A stretch of 64,000 nt of DNA from Candidatus Anstonellales archaeon. Its GTDB lineage: Archaea; Micrarchaeota; Micrarchaeia; Anstonellales; J096. The translations under genes were made by a program, and so were the position numbers. Below the pieces are notes generated by a model. It had not been told where the DNA came from. It did no database searches and saw only the letters and a program-made list of their open reading frames with translations. This document shows positions 9,012 to 19,418 of the stretch, piece after piece (positions within the stretch are counted from its first letter, which is position 1; every line of letters starts with the position of its first letter). Location of the stretch: the NCBI GenBank assembly GCA_038890745.1, contig JAWAFD010000001.1:218704-282703 (forward strand), given 5' to 3'.

Positions 9012-10064
9012 TTGATGAAAAGAAAGGAGCTCGAAAGGTTGATTTCTCTTACATTCGATGAATCACCGCAGGTAAGAAAGGATGCTGCGGTTCGGCTTGG
9101 TGAGATAGATGACCCGGCAGCAATATTCGCCCTCCTTGAGCTAAGCTACGATAAAGAACCAGAGGTGAGCCAGACGGCGAGAAAGATACTTGAGGAAAAA
9201 AGAAACGGTGACACAACAGAGACGATTTCTTTTGCAGAACTTTTTGAAGCGGGTGCAGAAAAGCCCAAAAAAGAAGTTTTTGTTCCATCAACTAAGAAGA
9301 AAAAACTCCTAGAACCTATAGAAAAGCTGTTTGAGAAAAAACTCGGGAAGGAGAAGGGAGAAAAGATAAAGGCAAAGATGATGCCCGCGATAGAGCGCAT
9401 ATACGATAATGTTGTGGAAAAGAAGTTCGATGAGAAGAAAGTCCAGAACCTTCTTACAAGCTATCTCGATGCAATCGGAAGCATGCCAGAGAAGGATATC
9501 GAATCAATAGGAAAGGTTGAGGAGCTTGAGAAAATAGAAGAGAATTTTGAAAAGGAGGAGGAGCTGGAAGAGCCGGAAAAACTATCCGAAAAACCAGAGG
9601 GGGTTGAGCCAACCATTTTCCGCCATGCTCTAGAGGTTATGAAAGAAAGCGAGGGGGATGAAAACATAATGCTGCGGGAGATGAAGAGGCTCAAGAAATA
9701 CATGAGCGACCAGATAGACCTCGCTTTCAGCGTTGCGAAGAGCAGGTTCAAGCAGGTTCATATTACTCATCTGACTGAAATAAAGGATGGGATGAGAAAC
9801 ATAAACACAGATGAGCTCTTTGTTGTAGATGTTCAGCACGGAGAATACCAGAAAACAAAAACAAGAAAAGAGCTTTACACCAGAATTCTTGTCCGGGATG
9901 GGGAGGGCAGCGAAGGGGTCATATACCTTTTTGAAGGCCGGGGGCAGTTTGTAAAACCCGGAATGAAAATAAAGGTTGTCAAAGGGGTTGCAAAAACATT
10001 CAAATTCTCAGGTGAGACCGCACTTACGGTTACAAAGAGCGGTAACGTTTATATTGTTCTTTAA
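9012..10064 (+). CDS. HEAT-repeat protein with probable C-terminal OB-fold
   Basis: N-terminal D.SPQVR..AA..LG repeat; C-terminal beta-rich domain ILVRDGEG...KPGMKIKV. Confidence 0.6.
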   Translation: MMKRKELERLISLTFDESPQVRKDAAVRLGEIDDPAAIFALLELSYDKEPEVSQTARKILEEKRNGDTTETISFAELFEAGAEKPKKEVFVPSTKKKKLLEPIEKLFEKKLGKEKGEKIKAKMMPAIERIYDNVVEKKFDEKKVQNLLTSYLDAIGSMPEKDIESIGKVEELEKIEENFEKEEELEEPEKLSEKPEGVEPTIFRHALEVMKESEGDENIMLREMKRLKKYMSDQIDLAFSVAKSRFKQVHITHLTEIKDGMRNINTDELFVVDVQHGEYQKTKTRKELYTRILVRDGEGSEGVIYLFEGRGQFVKPGMKIKVVKGVAKTFKFSGETALTVTKSGNVYIVL

Positions 10065-10647
10065 GTTTTGCCCTTACTGCGTACAACCTCTCAAAAAAGA
10101 ATTTTTTCTCTTCTAAGATTTCAACCTCAAACCCCATTCCTTTCAGCATTCCTATGGTTTTTTCATGCCCGCTCAACGAGGAGGAAATGAGCATGACGCC
10201 CCCATTGTTTTCTAGATGCATTCTGCACTCTTTCAAAAATCTGTCCAAAGTTTTTCTTCCGCTTCTCCCTCCGTCGAATGCGTAGTTTAGTTTTCCTTTT
10301 ATTTTTTCATTTTTTTCAGTTGGTAAATAAGGCGGGTTAAAAACTATCCAATTGTATTTTTTGTTTTTCGGAACAGCGTTGAACATATCGCTAACAAAAA
10401 ATCTAACATTTCTTATTCCATTCACTCTTGCGTTGTGTTCTGCGTTCCTCACCGCAATTTCATTTATATCGCACCCCTCAACAAAATTTTTTGGATTGTG
10501 TTTCGCGTTCGTAAGAGCAACAATTCCGCACCCCGTACCCATGTCCAAAACTTTTCCCTTTAATTTTTTCGCATGCTCAGCAAGCATGTAGCTATCTTCA
10601 GCGGGTTCGTAAACGTTCTCAAAAATTTCCAGCTTCATAAGTTCCAT
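10030..10647 (-). CDS. HemK2/MTQ2-family protein methyltransferase
   Basis: VYEPAEDS, LDMGTGCG, FNPPYLP, DGG.SGR. Confidence 0.9.
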   Translation of the reverse strand: MELMKLEIFENVYEPAEDSYMLAEHAKKLKGKVLDMGTGCGIVALTNAKHNPKNFVEGCDINEIAVRNAEHNARVNGIRNVRFFVSDMFNAVPKNKKYNWIVFNPPYLPTEKNEKIKGKLNYAFDGGRSGRKTLDRFLKECRMHLENNGGVMLISSSLSGHEKTIGMLKGMGFEVEILEEKKFFFERLYAVRAKLKEQYKRYRSL

Positions 10648-10687
10648 TCTAACCTATGTTTTTTAAGTTAACGTTTCAAAAAAACGT

Positions 10688-13333
10688 GTGGAAATATATA
10701 ATTTAAAAATAGAAGAGGTTTACAAAAAACTTTCAACAGCGCCCAACGGTATTTCCGAAGAAGAGGCAAAAAAGCGCCTTGCGGCATATGGCCCAAACAA
10801 ACTAAAAGAGGAGAAAAAACCATCGCTCATCATGAAATTTCTTGAGCAATTCAAAAGCCCGCTCGTCCTCATTCTTCTCGTTGCGGTTCTAATCTCTGCA
10901 ATCATAGGTGAGGTTCTGGACTCAGCCATAATCGCTATTATTGTTTTTCTTGCCGCGACCTTAGGTTTTGTGCAGGAGTACAGAGCCGAGAAAGCAATGG
11001 AGGAGCTGAAAAAACTCTCTGCCCCAAAAGCAAAGGTAGTACGGGAAGGGAAGATAGTTTTAATCGATGCTGAGAGCATAGTTCCGGGCGATGTTCTTTT
11101 TTTGGAAGAAGGAGACCGGGTTCCGGCTGATGCAAGGGTTGTTGAAGAGTTTCAGCTCAGGGCTGATGAAGCATCCCTGACCGGGGAATCAACACCAGTT
11201 CAAAAAAGTTCAGAAGGACTAGTAGGAAAGGTTCCGGTTGCAGAAAGAAAGAATGTTGTTTTTGCAGGAACAACAATTGTGCGCGGGCATGGGAAAGCGG
11301 TTGTTTATGCTACTGGAATGGAAACGGAGTTTGGAAAGATTGCAAAGATGCTTCAGGAAGAGGAAAGGCCAAAAACACCATTACAAATAAAAATGGAAGA
11401 GGTTGGTAGGTTTTTGGGCATCGCGGCCCTTTTCATCGTTTTCATAGTTGCTGGAATAGAGTTTATGCTCGGGATGGGGGACCTGCTTTCAGTATTCATA
11501 TGGGCGATTGCGCTTGCTGTAGCAGCGGTACCAGAAGCTCTACCAGCAGTTGTCACAACCTCCCTTGCGCTCGGTATGAGAAAGATGGCGAAGAAAAATG
11601 CAATCGTTCGAAAGCTCGATGCTGTAGAAGCCCTAGGCTCTGTGAATGTAATTTGCACAGATAAAACAGGAACGCTCACAAAAAACGAAATGACGGTAAA
11701 GGAGATTTTTGCTTCAGAATGGTACCATGTTAAAGGTGTAGGATACAAGCCTGAGGGAAAGATTCTTCATAGTGGGAAGGTTGTTGATCCATCGGATGAA
11801 AGCACAAGGTCTCTTTACCTTGCTTTGAAGATAGGTGCTCTCTGTAATAATGCCCATCTTATAAAGGAGGATGGTATGTGGAAGGTTCATGGAGACCCAA
11901 CAGAAGGCGCTCTCCTTGTTTCAGCAGCCAAAGCCGGGCTTTTCAAGGAGGAGCTTGAAAAAAATGAAGAGAAGGTTGCCGAGATTCCTTTCTCTTCTGA
12001 AAGGAAGACCATGAGCACTGTACATAAAGCAAATGGGAAATATTTTTTGTACTCAAAAGGCGCTCCTGAGGTTATTATTTCAAAATGTAAATATGTTCTT
12101 TTGGGTGGGAAGAAAAAAATTCTTACAAAAAATATGAAAGAAGAGATTCTAAAGAATAATAAAAAAATGGCTTCGAACGCTTTGCGCGTTCTCGCGATGG
12201 CATACCGGGAAATCAAAAAGCAGAAAAATTATGATGAAGAGGATGAAAGGGATTTGATTTTCGTTGGGATGCAGGGGATGATAGACCCACCTAGGGCAGA
12301 GGTTGCTGAGGCCATAAAAATATGCCAGGAGGCCGGCATAAAAGTAATCATGGTTACCGGTGATCAAAGGGCAACGGCAGAAGCCATCGCAAAGCAGATA
12401 GGTCTGAAAGGAAAGGTGTATGAAGGAGAGGAGATAGATGATGCGAATGTTGATAGGATTGTTGAAGATGCAGGAGTGGTAGCAAGGGCTTCCCCCGAGC
12501 ACAAGCTCAAAATAGTAAAGGCATTGAAGAAAAAAGGGTATGTTGTTGCTGTAACCGGTGATGGTATAAACGATGCCCCTGCGTTGAAAACAGCTGATGT
12601 TGGGGTTGCGATGGGAATAACCGGAACAGATGTTACTAAAGAGGCGGGCTCGATGGTTCTTGCTGATGATAATTTTGCTACAATAGTTTCTGCAGTTGAA
12701 GAGGGAAGAAGCATATATGATAATATAAGAAAATATTTGTTTTTCCTTCTCTCATGCAATCTGGGCGAGATAGCTCTTATGTTTGTTGCTGCGCTTTTCG
12801 GCTTACCAGTTCCGCTTCTTGCCATTCACCTTCTCTACGTAAACCTGGCAACGGATGGCCTTCCGGCCATCGCTCTCGGAGTTGAGCCACCTGATAAGGA
12901 TGTGATGAAAAGAAAGCCCAGGCAAAAAAAGGAAAGCGTTTTTGCTGGTATGAAAACAACCTTACTTTTATTTACAGCCTATCTAACCCTTTCCCTATTT
13001 GCCCTCTTTTTCATTTCCCTTCCTTATGGAATAGAAAAGGCGAGAACGGTTGTTCTGGCAGGTATTGTTCTCGCAGAGCTTGCAAACGCATTCAACTCAA
13101 AATCCATAGAAAAGTCTATTTTCAAATTAAACATTTTCGCAAACAAATGGCTTCTCCTGGCTGTTCTATGGGAAACCCTTCTTCTAAGCTTTTTCATATT
13201 CACCCCATTCTCATCATTCATAAAGGTTGTTCAGATAAGCCCGCAAGAATTAGCCCTCCCGATTCTCATAGCTCTTGGGGGGATAGCGGTCATGGAAGTT
13301 GCGAAATTTTTTATTTTTCGTAAATCCTCATAA
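10688..13333 (+). CDS. P-type cation (Ca2+-type, IIA) transporting ATPase
   Basis: TGES, VPEALP, DKTGTLT, KGAPE, TGDGINDAP. Confidence 0.95.
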   Translation: MEIYNLKIEEVYKKLSTAPNGISEEEAKKRLAAYGPNKLKEEKKPSLIMKFLEQFKSPLVLILLVAVLISAIIGEVLDSAIIAIIVFLAATLGFVQEYRAEKAMEELKKLSAPKAKVVREGKIVLIDAESIVPGDVLFLEEGDRVPADARVVEEFQLRADEASLTGESTPVQKSSEGLVGKVPVAERKNVVFAGTTIVRGHGKAVVYATGMETEFGKIAKMLQEEERPKTPLQIKMEEVGRFLGIAALFIVFIVAGIEFMLGMGDLLSVFIWAIALAVAAVPEALPAVVTTSLALGMRKMAKKNAIVRKLDAVEALGSVNVICTDKTGTLTKNEMTVKEIFASEWYHVKGVGYKPEGKILHSGKVVDPSDESTRSLYLALKIGALCNNAHLIKEDGMWKVHGDPTEGALLVSAAKAGLFKEELEKNEEKVAEIPFSSERKTMSTVHKANGKYFLYSKGAPEVIISKCKYVLLGGKKKILTKNMKEEILKNNKKMASNALRVLAMAYREIKKQKNYDEEDERDLIFVGMQGMIDPPRAEVAEAIKICQEAGIKVIMVTGDQRATAEAIAKQIGLKGKVYEGEEIDDANVDRIVEDAGVVARASPEHKLKIVKALKKKGYVVAVTGDGINDAPALKTADVGVAMGITGTDVTKEAGSMVLADDNFATIVSAVEEGRSIYDNIRKYLFFLLSCNLGEIALMFVAALFGLPVPLLAIHLLYVNLATDGLPAIALGVEPPDKDVMKRKPRQKKESVFAGMKTTLLLFTAYLTLSLFALFFISLPYGIEKARTVVLAGIVLAELANAFNSKSIEKSIFKLNIFANKWLLLAVLWETLLLSFFIFTPFSSFIKVVQISPQELALPILIALGGIAVMEVAKFFIFRKSS

Positions 13334-13778
13334 ACAAACTCGCTGCAACAATTGAAAAAACAAGCATCGCAGAAGGACAGGTATGTTTGTACGCTTGGCT
13401 TCTATCCAGCATTGCCTGTTGTCTTAGTTCTTCCTGTTCCACCATCTTTTCGCAGAATTCTTTTACGTTGGAAACAGGCCATCCGTGTGGAATCAAAAAA
13501 TGTTCATGGGTTTCGCTGCATAAGTTTTTATCAAGAAATGTTCTTGCAACCTCTATAACACAGTTGTTATACTCCATATGTCTGACTGTGATGCTTATAT
13601 CAGGATCATCAGTAATTTTTCTGCACCACTGTAATGCCTCTTTTTTATCCCCCATAAGCGCATAGTAAACAGCTGCTTTTTTATAGCATTCTGCCTTTCC
13701 CTTGCAATTCTGCCCAACCTGAATGCATCCAGTAAGCAGAATGGCTGCCAAAATAAGCGCAACTACCCCCGCACGCAT
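13311..13778 (-). CDS. Small Cys-rich exported lipoprotein-like protein with C-terminal TM
   Basis: Lipobox-like LLTGC; several Cys; C-terminal TCPSA + hydrophobic + basic tail; divergent from membrane-protein array. Confidence 0.6.
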   Translation of the reverse strand: MRAGVVALILAAILLTGCIQVGQNCKGKAECYKKAAVYYALMGDKKEALQWCRKITDDPDISITVRHMEYNNCVIEVARTFLDKNLCSETHEHFLIPHGWPVSNVKEFCEKMVEQEELRQQAMLDRSQAYKHTCPSAMLVFSIVAASLFMRIYEK

Positions 13779-13831
13779 GGATGGTTTAAACAAAACAATT
13801 ATTTTAAATGTTGTTGTTTCAAAAAATAACG

Positions 13832-15007
13832 ATGCTGCCCATGCCAACCCTAAATGACTATCTTTCTGTTGCTATGCCTTTTATAGCAATTGCTTTCGGA
13901 ATCCATGTTTTCTATGTTGCTTTGCATTACATGTGGGGAAATTTGATGAACAGCCCGCAGGCGTATGCAAGGGGAAAGGAGGAGCTAATCTCTCTTTTCA
14001 GAACAGTTGGCGTGTTTGTTGCCGTCATAATAATATATAACATTCTCATTCTTGGTTTTGGGATAGATTTTATTGCATTGGCAAAGCTCTCTGTGAAAGG
14101 TTTTTTCTGGATGCTTGCAGATAGGTACATGGAGATAATGCTTTTTGACTTCGGTCTTGGTTCCATTTCGCAGACAGGCATTTTTCTGTTTATTCAAACA
14201 GAGTATGCTGCAATAGAGATAGGTGGCTCTCCGGTTATAGGATTGCAGAATACTCTTACAGTTCTACACAAAACCCTTGAACCACTCCAGTACGGCATTT
14301 CCCTTGCTGCTGGCAGGTATGCCCTCCTTGATTTTGCTCCTGCAGCCATGATCTACCTAATGCCCCTCGGCTTTTTCCTGCGCGCATTCCCCCTCACAAG
14401 AAAAACCGGCTCAAGCGTGATCGCTCTTGCGATAACAGTTTTTTTCGTTTATCCGCTTTCTGTTCTTCTTACAGACCATCTTGTTACCCTGTACGAAAAT
14501 CAGAGAATCACCCCTCCAACCCTTCCAAAGAACCCGCTCATAACAGAAAAGACAGATGAGGAGGTTTTCTCGGATTTTGTTGGGTATTTTGGAAAGGATG
14601 TATCCCAGCAACAAGGCCAGTACATTGAGCCTGGCAAGACAACTTCAACCAGTGGCCCGTATGGTTTTTTTAGCATAATCAGCAAGTTCCTTGGATGGCT
14701 TTTTGGCTGGATACCAAAACTACTTAGCAATATTAGCGCGATGGCTGCAAACATTCTTAGGCTTGTTGGCTCTACGCTTAAAATGATGCTTTCACCAGGT
14801 GCACCACTTTTCAGCCCGGCTGGTTGGGTCCTTCCAACCCTACTCATTTCTTTAAAATGGGTTTCCATAATTGCAGAGCAGATTGCAATACTATTCACAA
14901 TATTTATACTTGAGATTACGATAAGCATTACGATGTACAGGAATATTGCGATGCTCATAGGAGGAGAGCTTAGAATATTTGGGATTACAAAGGTGACAGG
15001 AGGATGA
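13832..15007 (+). CDS. Polytopic membrane protein, CedA/VirB6-like paralog 1
   Basis: PLGFFLRAFPLTRKTGSSVIA...VYP signature; start could be 13808/13832/13841. Confidence 0.6.
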   Translation: MLPMPTLNDYLSVAMPFIAIAFGIHVFYVALHYMWGNLMNSPQAYARGKEELISLFRTVGVFVAVIIIYNILILGFGIDFIALAKLSVKGFFWMLADRYMEIMLFDFGLGSISQTGIFLFIQTEYAAIEIGGSPVIGLQNTLTVLHKTLEPLQYGISLAAGRYALLDFAPAAMIYLMPLGFFLRAFPLTRKTGSSVIALAITVFFVYPLSVLLTDHLVTLYENQRITPPTLPKNPLITEKTDEEVFSDFVGYFGKDVSQQQGQYIEPGKTTSTSGPYGFFSIISKFLGWLFGWIPKLLSNISAMAANILRLVGSTLKMMLSPGAPLFSPAGWVLPTLLISLKWVSIIAEQIAILFTIFILEITISITMYRNIAMLIGGELRIFGITKVTGG

Positions 15008-15882
15008 ACCCTTTAATATTCGCTGCGATAGGGATAATGATCTCTGCAATCGCCTTAGCTTTTATGTTCGCAAGCTTTGCAAAAAAACCAGAGTGGGAGG
15101 CATGGGCAAAGGTTGAGCTGTACGAGCTTGCATGGGGGATAGTTTTGCTCATAGTAATATACGGAATATATACCTCAGTAAGTTTTATTGCGGATGCGTA
15201 TATCGGCACAAACATAATAAACTATTCTGAAAACCGGCTGAACGATGTTGTGAAAGACAGGCTCCTCCCAGCCTTCATACAACTTACTTATCTGGACCAT
15301 AATATTATTTTCTGGAGTCAGTTTAGGATGAGGTTCGGCCCTGCTGCATGGGGGATGACCTATAGATTCTATCCTGGGCTTGAAATCTACTCCCAGCCCG
15401 TAAGGATTCTTGAGTTTGGGTATATGGCTGCGTTTGCAAGCCTTTCTGTCCAGGTTATGCTTTTCCATATTTTAGATGTCATTACAGAATTTTTGCTCGC
15501 GGCAGGCATTCTGCTTAGGTTTTTCCCACCAACAAGAACAAGCGGAAATCTCCTCATAGCTATGGGTTTTTCGTTTAAGGTGATTTTCCCGCTCATGTAT
15601 GTTCTCTCCTACCAAGCGTTGGATGAGATATACAAAATTCATGGATGGAGCATGTCTGGTGTGTTAAAAACGTTATATATCCCGCAACTAATAGGTACAA
15701 CAATGCCAATGGTTCTTACCCTCACACCGCGTTTGTTCCACTCCCTCTTGGACAATTTTGGGCATCTTTCTGTTGAGATTCTCGTTATTCCCTCGACAGC
15801 CATAACCATCGCCATCTCAGCGACAACCGGTCTGCAGAAAGCTCTTGAATGGAAAACAATAGACTTAGGTGGTTGGAGATGA
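15004..15882 (+). CDS. Polytopic membrane protein, CedA/VirB6-like paralog 2
   Basis: AGILLRFFPPTRTSGNLLIA...IFP; ATGA overlap with previous gene. Confidence 0.6.
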   Translation: MNPLIFAAIGIMISAIALAFMFASFAKKPEWEAWAKVELYELAWGIVLLIVIYGIYTSVSFIADAYIGTNIINYSENRLNDVVKDRLLPAFIQLTYLDHNIIFWSQFRMRFGPAAWGMTYRFYPGLEIYSQPVRILEFGYMAAFASLSVQVMLFHILDVITEFLLAAGILLRFFPPTRTSGNLLIAMGFSFKVIFPLMYVLSYQALDEIYKIHGWSMSGVLKTLYIPQLIGTTMPMVLTLTPRLFHSLLDNFGHLSVEILVIPSTAITIAISATTGLQKALEWKTIDLGGWR

Positions 15883-17135
15883 TCCAGGTTCCTTTAGAGT
15901 TTGTGCCCTTCGCAATAATAGGTGTAGCCTTTGGCATCTCCATATCCCTCTCCTCCATTGCATACATGTTAGGCAGTGCTTTGGGTGATGAAAGAATAAA
16001 GGGATGGGCCAGGTTTGAGGTTTATGAAATATTCTACTCCGGGGTTCTTGGGGTTTTGATCGCATCCTCTTGGGCAGTGATGATCGGGCTGAGCGATGAT
16101 ATCGCAAAATCCTTAGACCCTCAGGGGTATCTTTTTGCCCTAACCGAACCAGACCACGAACCCATATTTCTCACAATGGCCCAAGCATACATGCGCGAGA
16201 TATACGGAGAAATCGCTTACCTTTATACAGAAATCTCAAAGGTTACCTCAATTACAATGTTTATGGAGAGCATATCATATTCAGTGGGCGTATCGCAGTT
16301 TAAAGATATTGGCGGGATGGTAAGCTTTGGGTTGTGCCCCCTTTTTTATGGCCCTTTCAATTTTCTCATGCAGAACATTACAGAAATGCTCATACGCGTG
16401 GGGGTGATTACAGTATTCCAAGCAGCAATTCTTGGTTTCATAAAATCCATAATGCCTGCTTTCATAGGGTTTGGTTTTGCTTTGAGAATACCTGGGCCTA
16501 CAAGAAAACTTGGTGGTTTGATGATGGCAATTGGGCTTATGCTGTATTTCGTTCTCCCCATGTTCTATGTTTTTGGAAGCGGGATATACCACTCCCTTGA
16601 CCCTGCTGAAAAGCACGCAGGCATGAGAATAGCGCAGTTTAACTCCTACTTTGGAACAGTTTCAATATTTGGAAACAGCATAGAATATGACCGGGAGTTT
16701 GATGAGAAACTAAGGGTTTATGAAGAATATATAAAAAGCGGAAAGCTTGAAGAGATGGATGCGCAGGAGCTTGAGGAAAGCCTGAGCCAAAACCTCCAGG
16801 AAACACAAAAGGAGTTTTATGGGTTCGACATCTCATTTCCTGGGGTTGTAAAAGCGATTCTTGACTCCATCGCCTCTCTTCCAGAATTGGCGGGGAATCT
16901 TGTTTGCATATCAAGGGTAAGTGCGCAGGCATGGAACTATGGTGTTCTTTCCCCATTCATCTACGACAACAAAATTTTTATTTCAGAGATAATGTTTGAG
17001 ATGCTTGCAAACCTCCTTTTCTTCACAACAGTTTTTTCATTCATGGCGCTCATGGCTATAATTGCCGGTATAAAGGGCCTTTCTCCGTTGCTTGGAGGGG
17101 ATGTAGAGATTGCGGGCCTTACGCACTTTATATGA
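15879..17135 (+). CDS. Polytopic membrane protein, CedA/VirB6-like paralog 3
   Basis: FGFALRIPGPTRKLGGLMMA...VLP; ATGA overlap at 15879. Confidence 0.6.
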   Translation: MIQVPLEFVPFAIIGVAFGISISLSSIAYMLGSALGDERIKGWARFEVYEIFYSGVLGVLIASSWAVMIGLSDDIAKSLDPQGYLFALTEPDHEPIFLTMAQAYMREIYGEIAYLYTEISKVTSITMFMESISYSVGVSQFKDIGGMVSFGLCPLFYGPFNFLMQNITEMLIRVGVITVFQAAILGFIKSIMPAFIGFGFALRIPGPTRKLGGLMMAIGLMLYFVLPMFYVFGSGIYHSLDPAEKHAGMRIAQFNSYFGTVSIFGNSIEYDREFDEKLRVYEEYIKSGKLEEMDAQELEESLSQNLQETQKEFYGFDISFPGVVKAILDSIASLPELAGNLVCISRVSAQAWNYGVLSPFIYDNKIFISEIMFEMLANLLFFTTVFSFMALMAIIAGIKGLSPLLGGDVEIAGLTHFI

Positions 17136-17144
17136 GGTGAAGAC

Positions 17145-18308
17145 ATGAAAAAAACAGTTTTGATTTTGATTTTTGCTTTTTTCCTGCTTCCCTCCTTGCT
17201 TCATTCCCAGCCAGCTTCTTCAGACAATTCTGCCACCGACATCTCAAACCTTGAACAACAAATTACCTCCGAGGAAACAATCCAAAAAATGATCGACACA
17301 ACAACTCAACTTGGTAAATGCGAAGAGCCGAAAAGTATTCTTGATGTTTTTGGCCTTTCCTACCTTGCTCTCGTTGTTGTTGTATTTTTCTACACCGCAG
17401 CTTATCTTGCGGGGAAAGTTTTCAACTACCCCATCACAGATGCGCTCCTGAGGATAAAGATTGATGAGGTTGCAACAACAATTTTGATAATATTCGCATT
17501 GACCTTTTTATATGCTTTCGTGAACTCCTCAGGCGGATACTACTATTTAGATGAAGCGATCAAATACAACGACAAGATTCTTTGGCATATTATTAGAAAC
17601 CTAGGTATTTTCACTATTTTCTCAACACTTATATACCTCTTGTACAGCCTTACAATATACATCCCAATTATTCCCGGCCTTCCCCTCATAAAATTTACAA
17701 TAAGCATCGGCCCAGCACTCAAACCCATTATAGATATGATATTCCAAACCTCAAACATGCTCAGTGTTATTGTAATAGAGTGGATAACGATGAAAGCTAT
17801 TCTATGCATGATAAAAACATGGTGGCTTAGCTTTGTTCTTCCTATTGGTGTTTTGCTAAGAAGCCTTTCAATTACAAAGGACGCCGGAAATACTCTTATA
17901 GCACTAGGAATAGGAATGTACTTCCTTTACCCTGTTCTCTTAACGATGAATTATGATATATATGAAATGCAGATAGGAAAGGCAGCAACAGGAGGACTGA
18001 CAAACTTTGACCTTTTCTTCGGGCAGATGAAAAACTTTTTATTCGGGGAGGCGCCGACAGTTTTGATAGGGATTATAATTTCCGGCATCCTTACAGTGTA
18101 CACAGAGGGCTCGTTTGCAATCGCCATAATCATAGCCTGGCTTCTCTGGCTTCTCCAAAACACCCTTCTAGATACGATATTTTTGCTTTTCATCATAAGC
18201 ATGTTCCTTCCGGCCCTAAATGTTTTCATAACCCTTACGTTCGTTATGGAGCTTGGCAAGCTTTTGGGAACGGATATAAATGTATCCGCCCTTACTAAAA
18301 TTATATGA
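17145..18308 (+). CDS. Polytopic membrane protein, CedA/VirB6-like paralog 4 (with signal peptide)
   Basis: PIGVLLRSLSITKDAGNTLIA...LYP; GAGGTGA SD upstream. Confidence 0.6.
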   Translation: MKKTVLILIFAFFLLPSLLHSQPASSDNSATDISNLEQQITSEETIQKMIDTTTQLGKCEEPKSILDVFGLSYLALVVVVFFYTAAYLAGKVFNYPITDALLRIKIDEVATTILIIFALTFLYAFVNSSGGYYYLDEAIKYNDKILWHIIRNLGIFTIFSTLIYLLYSLTIYIPIIPGLPLIKFTISIGPALKPIIDMIFQTSNMLSVIVIEWITMKAILCMIKTWWLSFVLPIGVLLRSLSITKDAGNTLIALGIGMYFLYPVLLTMNYDIYEMQIGKAATGGLTNFDLFFGQMKNFLFGEAPTVLIGIIISGILTVYTEGSFAIAIIIAWLLWLLQNTLLDTIFLLFIISMFLPALNVFITLTFVMELGKLLGTDINVSALTKII

Positions 18309-18317
18309 GGTGCGAAA

Positions 18318-19418
18318 ATGGCTTGGTACGAAATACCACTTCCCGGTTCCCATCCAACCGAACCAGCTGTGCTTACAGCCTGCAATCCTCCTAATGTTGA
18401 TTTTCTTGGGCTTTCCTTCCTCGCCCTTTTGGTCTCCTCACTTTACATCCTATTTTTTTATTTCTGGGGGAAGCTTACAAGCAATCCAAACATAGATGTT
18501 TGGGTGAAGGGAGAGCTTTATGAAATAGGCGCGACAGTTTTTATTGTTGTTTTTTTCCTCCCGCTTTTCCTAAATGTTGCGTGCGCATTTAAATTAGGAG
18601 AGTATAATATATTTGAAACAGCGCATGTGTACCTCGAATCTCTAAAGGCAAGCATAACCATGGTGATGCATGTACTTGCAGTAGGGTACATGGCAGTTGA
18701 TTTTATCGCTTCACTTTCTATAAAGGCCAGCCCATTTGGTCTTGGTCTTTCGGCTGCGGATGTTGGAGCGGGTCTTGTTGCTCTTTGGAAGCCGATATTT
18801 CTTCAGATAACAAACGCGCTTACGCTCAGCTATATTTTTGCGTCTGCCCAGACAGTAATCCTTGAATACTTTACGTATGGAATGATAACAAAGATTCTAC
18901 CGCTTGGTGTGCTCCTTAGAAGCTTCACCCCAACAAGAAGGGTTGGTGGGATGCTCCTTGGGCTTTCCATTGGTCTCCTCTTTCTCTATCCTCTAATCCT
19001 TACGCTCAACTACTTCCTTGTTAAAGACTATCTTGTTGTTTCCTGGGATCAAAAATACAATGTGTGGGAAGTTGATGAGAACTTTAAAACAATACTATCG
19101 GATATTTGGGATGTAATAAATCTTACAAGTCCAGAGTCTTCTTGGTGGGAAAATTTCTTTAAAACTGCTGGAGAGCTGGTTACTGGAATACTAACTTTAG
19201 TAGCCTTTGCATTTGGAAGCGGATGGCAGATTGTTCTTTTGATAGTAAGCGTTATATTCGTTCTTTGGGGCGCGGTCATCTCCGGTGCCTACCTTGGTGT
19301 TGTTGCTGGCATAATCCTGCCTGCTCTAAATGTAGTAATACTGGTGCAAGGAATAAGATATTTTACCTACATATTTGGGGAGGAGCTTGATATTACAACC
19401 TTAACGAGGATGGTATGA
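18318..19418 (+). CDS. Polytopic membrane protein, CedA/VirB6-like paralog 5
   Basis: PLGVLLRSFTPTRRVGGMLLG...LYP. Confidence 0.6.
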   Translation: MAWYEIPLPGSHPTEPAVLTACNPPNVDFLGLSFLALLVSSLYILFFYFWGKLTSNPNIDVWVKGELYEIGATVFIVVFFLPLFLNVACAFKLGEYNIFETAHVYLESLKASITMVMHVLAVGYMAVDFIASLSIKASPFGLGLSAADVGAGLVALWKPIFLQITNALTLSYIFASAQTVILEYFTYGMITKILPLGVLLRSFTPTRRVGGMLLGLSIGLLFLYPLILTLNYFLVKDYLVVSWDQKYNVWEVDENFKTILSDIWDVINLTSPESSWWENFFKTAGELVTGILTLVAFAFGSGWQIVLLIVSVIFVLWGAVISGAYLGVVAGIILPALNVVILVQGIRYFTYIFGEELDITTLTRMV

